From: Nemertoderma westbladi
Taxonomy: Eukaryota; Animalia; Xenacoelomorpha
Assembly: GCA_032718475.1 (NCBI GenBank)
Contig: JAUCBJ010001658.1
Span: 1-36,751, forward strand
DNA length: 36,751 nucleotides
Reading direction: 5' to 3'
Under the pieces are notes generated by a model that was not told the DNA's origin, did no database searches, and worked only from the letters and a program-made list of their open reading frames with translations. Of this stretch, positions 11,754-22,850 are shown in pieces. A program made the position numbers and the translations under genes. Each line of letters opens with the position of its first letter. Positions within the stretch are counted from its first letter, which is position 1.

Positions 11754-12490
11754 GGATAGTTCTTTTTACAGAACACAGCAGAACACAGTAGAACACTGCA
11801 GAACACAATAGAATACAGGCGGAACATAGGCGAACACAGCTGTAATTAAAATCTACACCAAAAAATAACACACTTGGGAAAGTACCGGATTTAATCATAC
11901 AACTGTAAGATGTCAATTACATATTTAAATTAAATGGCGGTTTTCCATATCCTCCAAAATAAATTACTTCATTATCATTATCCTGTCATTCCCATCATTA
12001 TCCTGTAACCATGGAGAGTTGGTTAGTTCTACAGCAGTACAGTACCGGTAGCTGAGTAGGCCTACATCAGTACATTGGTAATATACTCTACACTGTGCCC
12101 GGTAATTGCCGGTAAATGCCTACATCTGTCTGCCTGTACAATGTACAGTCTGTCAGTCTGTACATGTCTCTACAGCACTAGACCTACTGCAGTACTGGAA
12201 CAGGCTGACAGGCAGACTGCTGGACTAGTAACAGGTACAGGCCTAACCGAACAGCTGATCGGGCAACTCTGATCAGGTAATTTATTTTGGAGGATATGGA
12301 AAACCGCCATTTAATTTAAATATGTAATTGACATCTTACAGTTGTATGATTAAATCCGGTACTTTCCCAAGTGTGTTATTTTTTGGTGTAGATTTTAATT
12401 ACAGCTGTGTTCGCCTATGTTCCGCCTGTATTCTATTGTGTTCTGCTGTGTTCTACTGTGTTCTGCTGTGTTCTGTAAAAAGATACATCC
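11754..12490. mobile_element. Mutator-like (MULE/foldback) MITE
   Basis: 214-bp near-perfect TIRs (11754-11967 and 12277-12490, GGAT to ATCC). 9-bp TSD CTAGATCTT at 11745-11753 and 12491-12499. Confidence 0.9.
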
Positions 12491-12969
12491 CTAGATCTTG
12501 GTGGATGATTTTAACAAAATAACAATACGGGGTGCTAGCTACTAGAATAAGCTAGTCGTATGCTGTATGTGCAATACTTAAATACTGACGTCAAAAGGGC
12601 TCTCTCCTCCTATATTCACAACTCGGATGGGCAATTATGGTGTTAGTAACTACACCCACGATCGGCACTAATACCAGATTCTGATTGTGAAATAGAGAAA
12701 TAGGGTGTTAATTTGCTACCGTACGTCTAGCTGATCTGGTATGTAATTTGTTTCTAGAAATTTTGTTACTGCGGTGGTGTGCAGCAAATACCTATCAGTA
12801 TGTGGCAAGGGCGTGGTAGATTATTAGTAAACCGCCCTTTAGCCAAAATGCGTGCCGGTAGCAGAAAGCTGCCCCCTTGCCTGAGCAAATACATTGGACT
12901 CAGACAGATCAGTCGAACTGCATATGTGACGGGATCGTAGATCCCGACCTGAGCTAGTCTAGACCTGAG

Positions 12970-14943
12970 TGCCGAAATGACCTTCATAAGGCGCAGAAAG
13001 AGTCCCGACTCAAACAGACTACAGCGGCCAAGAAAGCAGTTAAGGCTGCATCTAGGTCCCTGAACAGGCAGTACTCTGCTAATTTACAGGGGCTAATAAA
13101 CCAACAGGTTGATGCCATCAATGATGCTGACGACAGCAGGCAATCATCCCAGGCATGGAAATTGATCAATCTGCTTACTGGGCGGAAAAGCCAACCAACC
13201 ACCAAGGTTAAGGCTGAATCACCAGCCGATCGCCTCAATGGTTGGAAAGCCCACTTTGAAAAGCTCCTCAATAATGACAGGGTATTGCTTGATAACTTTA
13301 TAGAAGTAAAAGTGTCTGAGTCTGTACTCCCAGATATTCCCATTGGCGATATCTCCTTTGCAGAAGTGAAGGCTGCTGCAAAGAGCATTAAGACCAACCG
13401 TGCCAGTGGAGTAGATGGTGTTCCCCCTGAGGTCTTTAAAATACCTGAGTGTTTAAAGCTCATCTATCCCATCATAGTAGACATGTACCGAACAACAAGA
13501 GTCCCACAAGAAATGAAAACAAATAAGTTGGTGCCAGTTCCCAAGAAGGGCAACCTAACACTCTATGGTTCTTTTAGGGGAATCTTATTGATCTCGATTG
13601 CTGCAAAGCTATACAATAGGATTCTATTAAATCGCATCAGGGATCCCATTGAGAGACTGCTCCGTGGAAATCAGAATGGGTTCCGTAAAGGTCATGGGAC
13701 CATGGAGCCCATTTTGGCACTTAGAAGGATAATTGAAGAGTTATCAAAAGAGAAAGACAGGCATCTGGCTGTTATCTTTGTTGACTTCTTCAAGGCCTTT
13801 GATTCAGTCTCTCGCTCACGTATGTTCAGCATACTTTCATTATATGGGATTCCTGATGAAATTATTGCAGCAATCAGATCAGTATACGATGGTTCGACAA
13901 CATTTGTGTCTACTGTTGACAGTGACACAGAACCATTTGAAGTGTTATGGGGCGTCCTCCAAGGAGACACACTTGCACCATTCTTGTTCATTATTGTGGT
14001 TGACTATGTTCTACGCATGTCCTTAGATCATTATAATGATGATGGGGTGATGATAACTCCACCTACTGGCTCCAGAAGTCGAGGAAATCCTGCCAAGTAC
14101 CTAACTGATCTAGACTTTGCTGATGACTTAGGAGTACTCTCAGAATCATTAGAGGGAGCCCAACGGCTCCTCAGCTCATTATAACATGCTGCTTCTAGTG
14201 TTGGTCTTTTTATTAACTCCATAAAGACCAAAATTCTAACAGTTAACTTTGAAAGTCCTCAGCAAGTCTCTGATCGGATGAGCATAAGCTCAAAGGATGG
14301 TATGCTTGAGCATGTGGACGACTTCTGTTACCTGGGATCATGGACCCGGAAGTCTGGTGAGGACCTTCGAATACGTAAGGGAAAGGCATGGGCAGCCTTG
14401 AATAGGCTTTCCAGGATTTGGAAGTCACCGAGAATTAATCGGAAACTTAAGGTCGGATTATTTAGAGCAGCAGTAGTTCCAGTACTCCTCTACGGGAGTC
14501 CATGCTCCTACTGCTGAGGACAACAAATCTCTGGATGGCACATTCACAAGAATGCTACACCGGGTTCATTGTGTCAAGTACAATGCACACATCACCAACC
14601 AGACAGTATATAACATTGGAGGTGTCTCATTGGTTCCCCCAAGCTTGACACTAGAACAAAATCGCCTCCACTTTGCAGGACATTGCTTTCGCCATGAGGA
14701 CCAGCCAGTGCATAATCTTGTACTTTAGCAGCCTCATGGAGTGAATAAGCATGGTGGACAGCCCATGACTTTCTTGAGACGCATCTTAAAGGACACTGGC
14801 CTTAAAGATGCGGATGATCTAGCAAATGTCATGGGTGATAGGGAGTTGTGGCGGTGCAATTTTGTTGACAAGCCGGCACAGCATTCTTAAAAAATGCAGC
14901 TGCAATGCAGCATGCCGATCCTAGTAGTAGTAGTAGTAGTAGT
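12970..14943 (+). mobile_element. 5'-truncated RTE-clade LINE, copy 1
   Basis: RT ORF 13162-14184 (QNGFRKG, FVDFFKAFDSV, GVLQGDTLAPFLF, LDFADD) continues through stops (FCYLGS, VLLYGS, FAGHCFR) to ~14890. Short 3' UTR and (TAG)n tail. The 5' end is approximate and no TSD was found. Confidence 0.9.
13162..14184 (+). pseudogene. Reverse transcriptase of the RTE LINE (premature TAA at 14182, GAA in copy 2)
   Basis: Canonical non-LTR RT motifs in the 340-aa ORF. Confidence 0.9.
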
Positions 14944-15899
14944 CTCCTTTTGGCTGAAAGCCATTGGGGAAAAATAACAGAGTTTGTGTTTCTCGATGTT
15001 AATGTTCCAAATGATAATAGCACAGAATCAGTTACAGTTGGTAAATCAGTAATACAGAATAACAACAGCATTTATATAATTGAACAACAGCAGATATATA
15101 ATTGATGTTAGATGACGGTCAAAAACTATAACCGGTCTGCAACTCTGTGATTAATGTACTGACCGGTAAATCAGTAATACAGAATAACTATATGATTGAT
15201 ACACATAGATATTGGTTTCACCCCTACTCTACTTGGCCTTCTGTATCCAATGGATGCTTTCCTATCTCTGTCCACGTGCTCCCCTGCCTGCTATTGGCTT
15301 ATATACTAATTGTCACTTTGGCACTCCCTGTGAGTGTTTCCCCCTGCCGCTAGCCTTTACTAGCTGTGTTCTCCCTCCGAGGTGGTTTGACCTCTCACCT
15401 CTCTCTGTGGCTTTGGGGCCTGTATCCCCCCCCCCCCCCCGAGTTGGTTATGAGGCGAGATTATTATTGGTAATCTCGTATCGCCAACTATATTGGTAAA
15501 ATGCCACTGGTCCCATTTTAGGGTGGAGAATGAAGGGAATTGAATCCGCTTACAGCATAGCCTTCAGAGCTAAACGGTACTGTACCTCTATTATTGCTAA
15601 TCACCAAGAGCGTGCTTTTTGCACCTAGCGTACTTGCGCGTACTAACAAACAGCATCAGCTCGCACCTGTAAGAGGTACAGGTCGACCGAGGGGTTTCTA
15701 TCTGAATCTGAGGTATTTGTTCCTACACTTTACGGCGTCCCAGGACGTCGTCACACATTCCCCTGATCTAAGGGCTTACGGTGGGCAATGGCGTTGAACA
15801 AAGTCTTACTTCTTCTGACATGAGCGCTTTCAGGCAATCGAGTCATGTTTCAAATGGGCGTGGGTGAAATGGTGCGGGTTCCTTTATGTGATGTGTACA

Positions 15900-15910
15900 T
15901 CCCTCCCCCT
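15900..15910 (-). promoter_or_regulatory. Polypurine tract of the BEL/Pao element
   Basis: Minus strand AGGGGGAGGGA directly followed by TGT. Confidence 0.7.
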
Positions 15911-16328
15911 TGCGTTGCTGTGGCTTAAAGTTTTAGGCAGCCATTCTCCAAAGAGTTTGTCTGTTTGAGATAGATACGCTAAAACTACATGTTCTGAGTT
16001 TGCAATATATTTTAACGTAATTGACCAAAATGATTTATCGAATTAAACTAAATAAAGTAAATCAAGACTTAAACAGTAAGTTAAACAGTAAATAATAAGT
16101 TGTACAGAATAAGAAGAAGTAGTAGTGGGTGATAACCGAGGGCAAATGGTGCCTTATATAGGAAATCCTAAGCATAGAATCGCACTAGAACATTCTACCA
16201 CATTCCATGGGCTCACATTGGACCAATAAATTATCAAACACCTATGATTGGCCCAACTAATCAGTTCATGTGCATTGGCTTATCTAACTTAATGAAACAG
16301 AAAATAAATTGCACAAAATTTAAATTTT

Positions 16329-16400
16329 ACCAGACCCAGATTCGAACTCTCAACCTATCTTATGTGTAACCTGCGCGCTAACATACTGGGCCACTGGACC
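16329..16400 (-). other. Degenerate tRNA-like or SINE-head sequence with Pol III A and B boxes
   Basis: Minus strand GGTCCAGTGGCCCAGTATGTTAGCGCG (A-box-like) and GAGTTCGAATC (B-box-like) at tRNA spacing, with a T-run ~10 nt downstream. Stems pair poorly, so this is not a functional tRNA. Confidence 0.55.
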
Positions 16401-18808
16401 AGTAGCAACTTGTGCCGAAATATACTAAACATAGGTAATATACGAATTTATAACAAACTGTAAGGCAAGACAAATACGTCGGATTTTAAAAGTTTTTTAC
16501 GTATTACTAATTACAAATAGATATCTAACAGTGAAATATTACCACACCGCTCCATGAAAACAGTAAGTAAGTCTGTTTTCACCAATCGAAATATCAAAAA
16601 ACGAACTAAAAAATATATGTAATCTAGGGTAGGGCCTAAAATATAAAATAATCACTGCTTAGGTCTTATTGCATATAAGGTATTGCAAATAATACATAAA
16701 TATAAAACTTTCATACATACAAACAAATACGGATTTACTATTTAATAATATCAAGGCTTGGTGCATAAAATACAAAACTCCCATCGGTTATCCAATATAA
16801 AAAAATTAAGACAAATAATTTCAAACGTATATAATAATCCTTTAAATACATAATACATTCACCAAATTAAATCAGTCCAAATAAAAGAAAACAACAATAA
16901 TCTAAAATAATTTTGCTTAAATGTCCTCCTGACGACTATAGAGTTTGTCCTACTGGTCTAGTCGTCAGTCCTGAGCAGCAACGCTAAAAGTAGGCTTGCA
17001 AGCCTTCCTTTCTCCACAATCTCGCTCATTAATGCCAATGGTAGGCTCGCAAGCCTTTCTTCCTCCACAACCTCGCTCTTTATCGCTTCATCAATCGAGC
17101 TTGGCCTTGCCATTTAATACAACTAATTGGTGATTTCGGTCTAACTGGGCTCGGGCTCCTGCGTCGAGTTGTCTATGGTTCTGGAATCCTGGGAAAAGGA
17201 ACGACTGGCGTCTCGCATAATTATTGGGCGCTTAATCCAAGCAATCCCCGCCTGACTTCAGGTTTTCGTCTAATGGGTCAGATGGAGTCTCAACGATGCT
17301 CGGAGGGAGTTTGAGAAGCGGTACTAGGCTGTCAGCCGACACCTCGCTCTCGGAAGTCGTTTGAACCCTCATGGGTTCAGGCAAAGCATATCCTGTCGCT
17401 CCGCGCGGTTCTCTGGGAAGGGAAACAGTACCTCGGGTCATCCGGATCTGCGACTGAGAAGTCGTTTTGGCAATATTAATCGTCTTCTTGATCTCTTGGC
17501 CCATCTTTTGAGCTCGAAGTATGCGATATGGTGCGTCCTCTTGAGGATGGCGTATCTTGTCCAGCAATGGAGTCGCCTTAAATTTGGTTTCGCACAAGAC
17601 GTCTTGTCGAGTATGCATGAGGTCACGCGCCTGTGATAAAACGCACTCCGGTATGCCCAAGCTATGGAATGCCAGGCTCCCCTGTTTCGCTGCTTGATTC
17701 GCAATTTGTCGAACTCTCTGGCAGTTATTCGGTTCACCACTGTTTGAAAGTTCCAAGTATTCTTATTGTCTGGGTGAACTTGGAGAAAATAATCGCGTAC
17801 GACTCTGAATCCGCTATCCAACAGCAATATGTCGAGTACCTCCAACAACTCATCATACTGAGGCATCGCCGATACATATCCCTCCTTTGACATGATTTGA
17901 GGGTTAACGGCCCAAAATCCTAGGTGCGCCCTCATAAGGAAACGTCGTCGTTGCGTCGACACTAGCTCATCCGCTAAGTCTTCCCAATGGTCGAATAGCT
18001 GTCACATGATCTTTACTGACAAATGTTCGTATGGGACGTCTCGGAGTTGACATTCCGACGCCCTGTGTCCCTTGATGTTACAATAGGTGCACTGCGCTAC
18101 AAAGCACCAGCAAGTGTAGAATGTATGGGATCGCTGATCTCCGCACCAGTTGAACACTAACTCTGGTAGAGATATTTGCTTGGCCCCACATTTCTTTGCG
18201 TGATGTCCTGTTGCTCCACATCTGCCACATATGGTGTTAGCAGGATACCAAATTCATTCATAGATGAGATCACCAATAAGGTGAGCGCCACTGTCCACGT
18301 GATAGTCCTCATCATTGGGATGAGTCAGTACGTCCGTCTCCGTGGGTTGTTCACAAACCATAGCGTCGCTGTTCTCTAGTTCACGGATCTCAGTTCATAT
18401 CTTCCTCAGAAGATTCTCCTCTATTTCAATAACTCGCCACAACAGCTCATCGATTATCGTGGACTCGGTCGGATCTTCATCGGGATGATGAACGGTAGGT
18501 GCATGTGCATTCCATGATCCTTCCAGGTCCTTAATCTCCGCCTGGCGTTCCCCGTCATAGGGTACTAACGTTAACATCAACGGTCTGTCGACGAGACTTC
18601 CCGCGTGGGTGAGATAAACTTGGTGAAAATGCAGAATCCCGCGCACGTGAAAGCATCACAGTGGGCATTGGTGTTGTAGAATGGTTGAAGGTATCGACGA
18701 AATACTTCCATATTCGTCCTCCCTTCCTCGTAAAATATATCTCCCTCTCCTAAACATAGCGGGTGTTGCTCTATAATCCTGGACACTATTTCGGCAATGA
18801 AACATACA

Positions 18809-20001
18809 TTAACTGATGACTCTATAGCCAAATTGTAGAATTATCCACGGAGGTGATGTAATCGCCCATTGTATGCACCCTCTCCATTTCAACTGCGATT
18901 CGAACTCATTGATGTTAGGGGTATCACCTTCTCCATATACGTCCATATATTTGCTCCTCTTACTCTCCTTGTAATACGAACTAAACATTAGATATGAGAT
19001 ATAGCCAGTTCCAGTTTTGAGAGTATTATACTCCCTGAAATATCCTTGCTCTATAGCCCTGAGCAACAATGGTCTGGTATCCACGTATGGTGTAGGCAAT
19101 CTGTCTTCCTCCTCAGGCATCCCGGCAAAATCGCTGATAAGATCGTCCCGTATGCTGGATCCGATCTTCAGGATGCTCTTATCTAATATGTCATCGCGCA
19201 CTGCCTTGGGTAACATCCTAGCCTCTATATTACAAGCTAGGTCCATGGACTTTACCGTCCGCTTAATCATGGCGTGTCGTCGAGTCGTCTCCTCCGGCAT
19301 CTGCATCTTGCGATTGCTCTGCTTTCAGCTGAAGATGTGTAGCACTCCATCTGGTGCTCGAATTTGGATAGTTTTGGCAGAAAACGCCAACACCCAGGTT
19401 TAATCTCGGATAGATTAGCCCAGGTTGAATAGGGTTAACTGATGACTCTATAGCCAAATTGTAGAATTATCCGCGGAGGTGATGTAATCGCCCATTGTAT
19501 GCACCCTCTCCATTTCAACTGCGATTCGAACTCATTGATGTTAGGGGTATCACCTTCTCCATATACGTCCATATATTTGCTCCTCTTACTCTCCTTGTAA
19601 TACCAACTAAACATTAGATATGAGATATATCCAGTTCCAGTTTTGAGAGTATTATACTCCCTGAAATATCCTTGCTCTATAGCCCTGAGCAACAATGGTC
19701 TGGTGTCCACATATGGTGTAGGCAATCTGTCTTCCTCCTCAGGCATCCCGGCAAAATCGCTGATAAGATCGTCCCGTATGCTGGATCCGATCTTCACGAT
19801 GCTCTTATCTAGTATGACATCGCACACTGCCTTGGGTAACATCCTAGCCTCTATATTACAAGCTAGGTCCATGGACTTTACCGTCTGCTTAATCATGGCG
19901 TGTCATCGAGTCGTCTCCTCCGGCATCTGCATCTTGCGATTGCCCTGCTTTCGGCTGAAGATGTGTAGCACTCCATCTAGTGCTCGAATTTGGATAGTTT
20001 T
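18809..20001. repeat. 567-bp direct duplication (18809-19375 and 19435-20001) separated by 59 bp
   Basis: Offset of 626 bp. Both copies start at TTAA and end at GGATAGTTTT. Confidence 0.95.
19376..19434. mobile_element. Orphan piggyBac-like terminus
   Basis: Ends CCCAGGTTGAATAGGG|TTAA with an internal repeat CCCAGGTTTAAT 27 bp inside, the same layout as the MITE end at 9766 and similar to that at 28086. Confidence 0.75.
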
Positions 20002-22850
20002 CGAAGTGAGGCTCTGCTGATGGCTCCCTGCTTCGTTGTTGTAGAACATATATCCATTCTCTCGCAGAGATTGACTCGTCGTGTCCCAATCATCGAGTAG
20101 ATCATCCGTGGGGTTCCAAATCCCTCCAATGGCTTTCGTTAAAACTGATGGGTTTCCCCATCCAGTTGGTTGCAATGTCGGTATCGGTCTCAAATGTGCC
20201 AATTCTGATCCATAAACGGATCGTCCGCGTCCGTGTCAGATATCCTCGCAGGATGCAAGGTGCGATATCCATCCCTGTGCAATCAACCTTGAAATCGGTA
20301 AAATGTGGAGGCACGTTGCGAAGGATTTTCTGAACTATTATTCTACGCAACTCCGCAGCCTCTAACACATCACCAAATGTAACCGATGGGAGGAAATCCA
20401 GGTTTGATATAATCTCCGAATATGAATACACGAATCATAATGCTGATAGGGAAATGGGCTGTCCTCATGTACACTCATGTCTGCTCACTTGTCCGGAGGT
20501 TCAACAAGTATACCGTCGACAGAAGCAGCTTCAATCGGCGGAAGTTGTAACATAGGAGCGTCACCGATAAGATCTCGAGATCTTAAGTTGATATCAACCG
20601 GTTGGGTTGTGCTGTTGCGAAGAGTTTATCTCTGAACTGAGCAACCATCGAAGGATGAATGATGGTTTGGGAGTAGAGATCAGTCATAAGTATCTGAGCT
20701 TCAGGTTGGGCTAAAGCGGCTTCTTCTCTCTCGTCCATTTCGATATGTTTCTCCTCTAGCTGATTCTTCTCTGCTTGTCTTTGAAACCATTCGCCTAAGA
20801 ACTCTTGTAACGAATATGTACATCCAAGTTAAATATCCCTCCAGATTCTCGATTTCTCGATCGAATTGAGGTAAAGCTAATTCTTTTACCGCTTGTACTT
20901 GTTGATGTAATCTACATTTGTCTAAACAATCATAGGTTCCCTTTCCAATCTTTTGCCGAATTGCGTCCAGTGCATTCCATATGACACTTTCCTCCACCTC
21001 GGTGATAGGTTGTATCGGAGTCAATCTGGGACAATTATACGGGTTGAACGGAGATATTAGATGTCCGCATCCCAATCCGGCTAGGTAGGAAGGGTGAATA
21101 TCCAAGGAGCTCAAAACCGGAGTGCCACCGACCAATTGTTTGGGTAACACCAGATCTTTGAACAACCAGTACAACTCAGGAGGATCTGTCATACTGTTAG
21201 GGTCGAGAGTCTGCGGTCGCACTGGAGAATAAGGAGGTCTGACCGAGTATTCTGGAACTCTGATCATAGGTTTACTTAAGGATCGTTTGAGTCGAGCGAG
21301 CGTGGGTGGCACGTCGAACAGGTTTCGCTTAAAACTCCCGTAAGCATAGCAAATGAAACTATGTTTAGCGCAACGTATACAGCTCCACGGGTGTTTATAG
21401 CGTTCCATTTGTTGATTGGGTCTAGGGCATTCATCGCAGTAATATCAAAGAAGCACGTAATGTAAAGGAAACGCTGGTGACTTTTCTCCCGTTTTACAAT
21501 ATTCCTCCATCTGTTTGAAGCTATCCGGTACAGGTAGGGGTCGATTAGCGGTAAGATACATCATAGTAAAATACAATCGTTTAAGTTCCATCATAGGATT
21601 AGGATGTATACCTTGCGGATATCGAGTTTCTAGATTTTGTTGACTAGTTACATTGAGATAAGTTACTCTCAGGAACTCTAAATATTCATAAAAGTTAGTA
21701 CACTTCTCTGGTTCTTCAACATCTTCTCTTTCGAGTCGGTTTTGAATAGAATTTTCATGTTCGATTCTCAGTTTGTTGTTCCAACTCCGCTGGGCGTGAT
21801 ATTTAAATAAAATCATCTCCCTTTCGGTATCCACATCGTCCGTATCGTGTAAATCGATAGGATGACCGGTAGTCAAGAAGTCCATATATGTACCATTGCG
21901 ATGCGTATAGCATGCGGTGAATTTTCTATAGTCCAATTCACGTTTGAGCTGCTCCTCAGACATCGGTGGTTCGATATAACATCCATCATCTTCCGTCGTA
22001 TGTTGACTAGCGTCGCCACTTATCAAACTATCAACAAATGCTTGTAGAGGTAGAGTATATCGCTCCCTGATACCAAGATCATCTTCTATCAACTCAGTCA
22101 TAATATATGTATGAGTTTATGGATATTATAAATCAAGGCTAGCGGGCGTCGCTGCCTCTTTTATCCCCAAACTGCCCCCGGACAGCACTGAGATCCTCTG
22201 CGCTGATGTACTGCTGTCGCTGTGCCTCTTGCCAACGTAGTAGCCACACAACAACAACAATAATCAGCGCGAGTCACTCTACTGTCCGTCCCAAGGGCTC
22301 GAATATACTGGAGGTAATTATTGCAGATGTAGGATAACTTTCACAATTGCAGCTCGCTACTGTAAACACACTTTAGCAGTAACATTCACCTATAAATACA
22401 CAAATTCCACTTTCATGTCACAATTATTTTGTACAAATTAGAGCCATTTGTCCATTAGTCAAATGCCTATTTTTCTTTTAACTTACTTCTAATTCTAGTG
22501 TGGTTGTTACTATCATGACATTATGCAAAGCTAGCATAGCAGTAGAATTAGGGTATTTCTCATGCATGCAGATCTGGGATGCTATTTAATAGCGACTCTT
22601 GGGTTATTAATATTCCCTTTATATATGATATTTATTAATTTTGTCGGCTATTGGCTGCACACTGGGAGTTTCTCTCACACTGCTATACTTAATAAGGTGA
22701 ATCTCCTCTCCCATGATCTATTAATTGACTATAATTTTGGGAATATTGATAAATTGTGTAAAAATGACAATTTATTTAATTCATGAGAGGATATGAATTT
22801 AAAATTTATTCCCATGAATTTTATTATTTAATATTAGAATTGACACAGTT

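Larger units (their letters stand above)
12925..15554 (-). mobile_element. Solo LTR (about 650 bp without the nested RTE LINE)
   Basis: TGTGAC and CTTACA termini with 5-bp TSD GCATA (12920-12924 and 15555-15559). Shares TGTGACGGGATC, CTTTGGGGCCT, ATTGGTAATC and GGAATTG..GCT.ACA with the LTR at 32651-33200. Strand is inferred from that LTR. Confidence 0.8.
11243..15899 (-). repeat. Putative 3' LTR of the BEL/Pao element, interrupted by a MULE MITE and a solo LTR plus RTE
   Basis: Begins TGTACACATC on the minus strand directly after the PPT at 15899. The distal end is a guess (TTCTACA at 11243, alternatives TGTACA at 11268 or ~11443). No partner LTR is available for confirmation. Confidence 0.4.
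17232..22101 (-). pseudogene. Extra ORF of the BEL/Pao element, unknown protein of ~1400 aa with CCHC zinc knuckles, now disrupted
   Basis: Minus-strand ORFs 21445-22101, 20701-21408, 20102-20431, 19903-20202, 19435-19896, 18809-19306, 18577-18831, 18395-18646, 17438-17962 and 17232-17756 tile the region and join through in-frame TGA or single frameshifts. Knuckles CGRCGATGHHAKKC (18229-18188) and CTYCNIKGHRASEC (18091-18050). Confidence 0.75.

Noticed and set aside
11713-12522. Two near-identical Cys-rich ORFs (MTSYSCMIKSG) on opposite strands
   Set aside because: They are translations of the MITE's inverted repeats and start at non-ATG codons.
19017-20020. Plus-strand ORFs antisense to the accessory ORF, and similar antisense ORFs over the RT regions
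   Set aside because: These are shadow frames of coding sequence on the opposite strand, with no motifs of their own.
17232-22101. Accessory ORF as an envelope glycoprotein or endogenous viral gene
   Set aside because: No signal peptide, transmembrane helix, polymerase, helicase or capsid motif was recognisable by eye. Remote homology cannot be excluded without a profile search.
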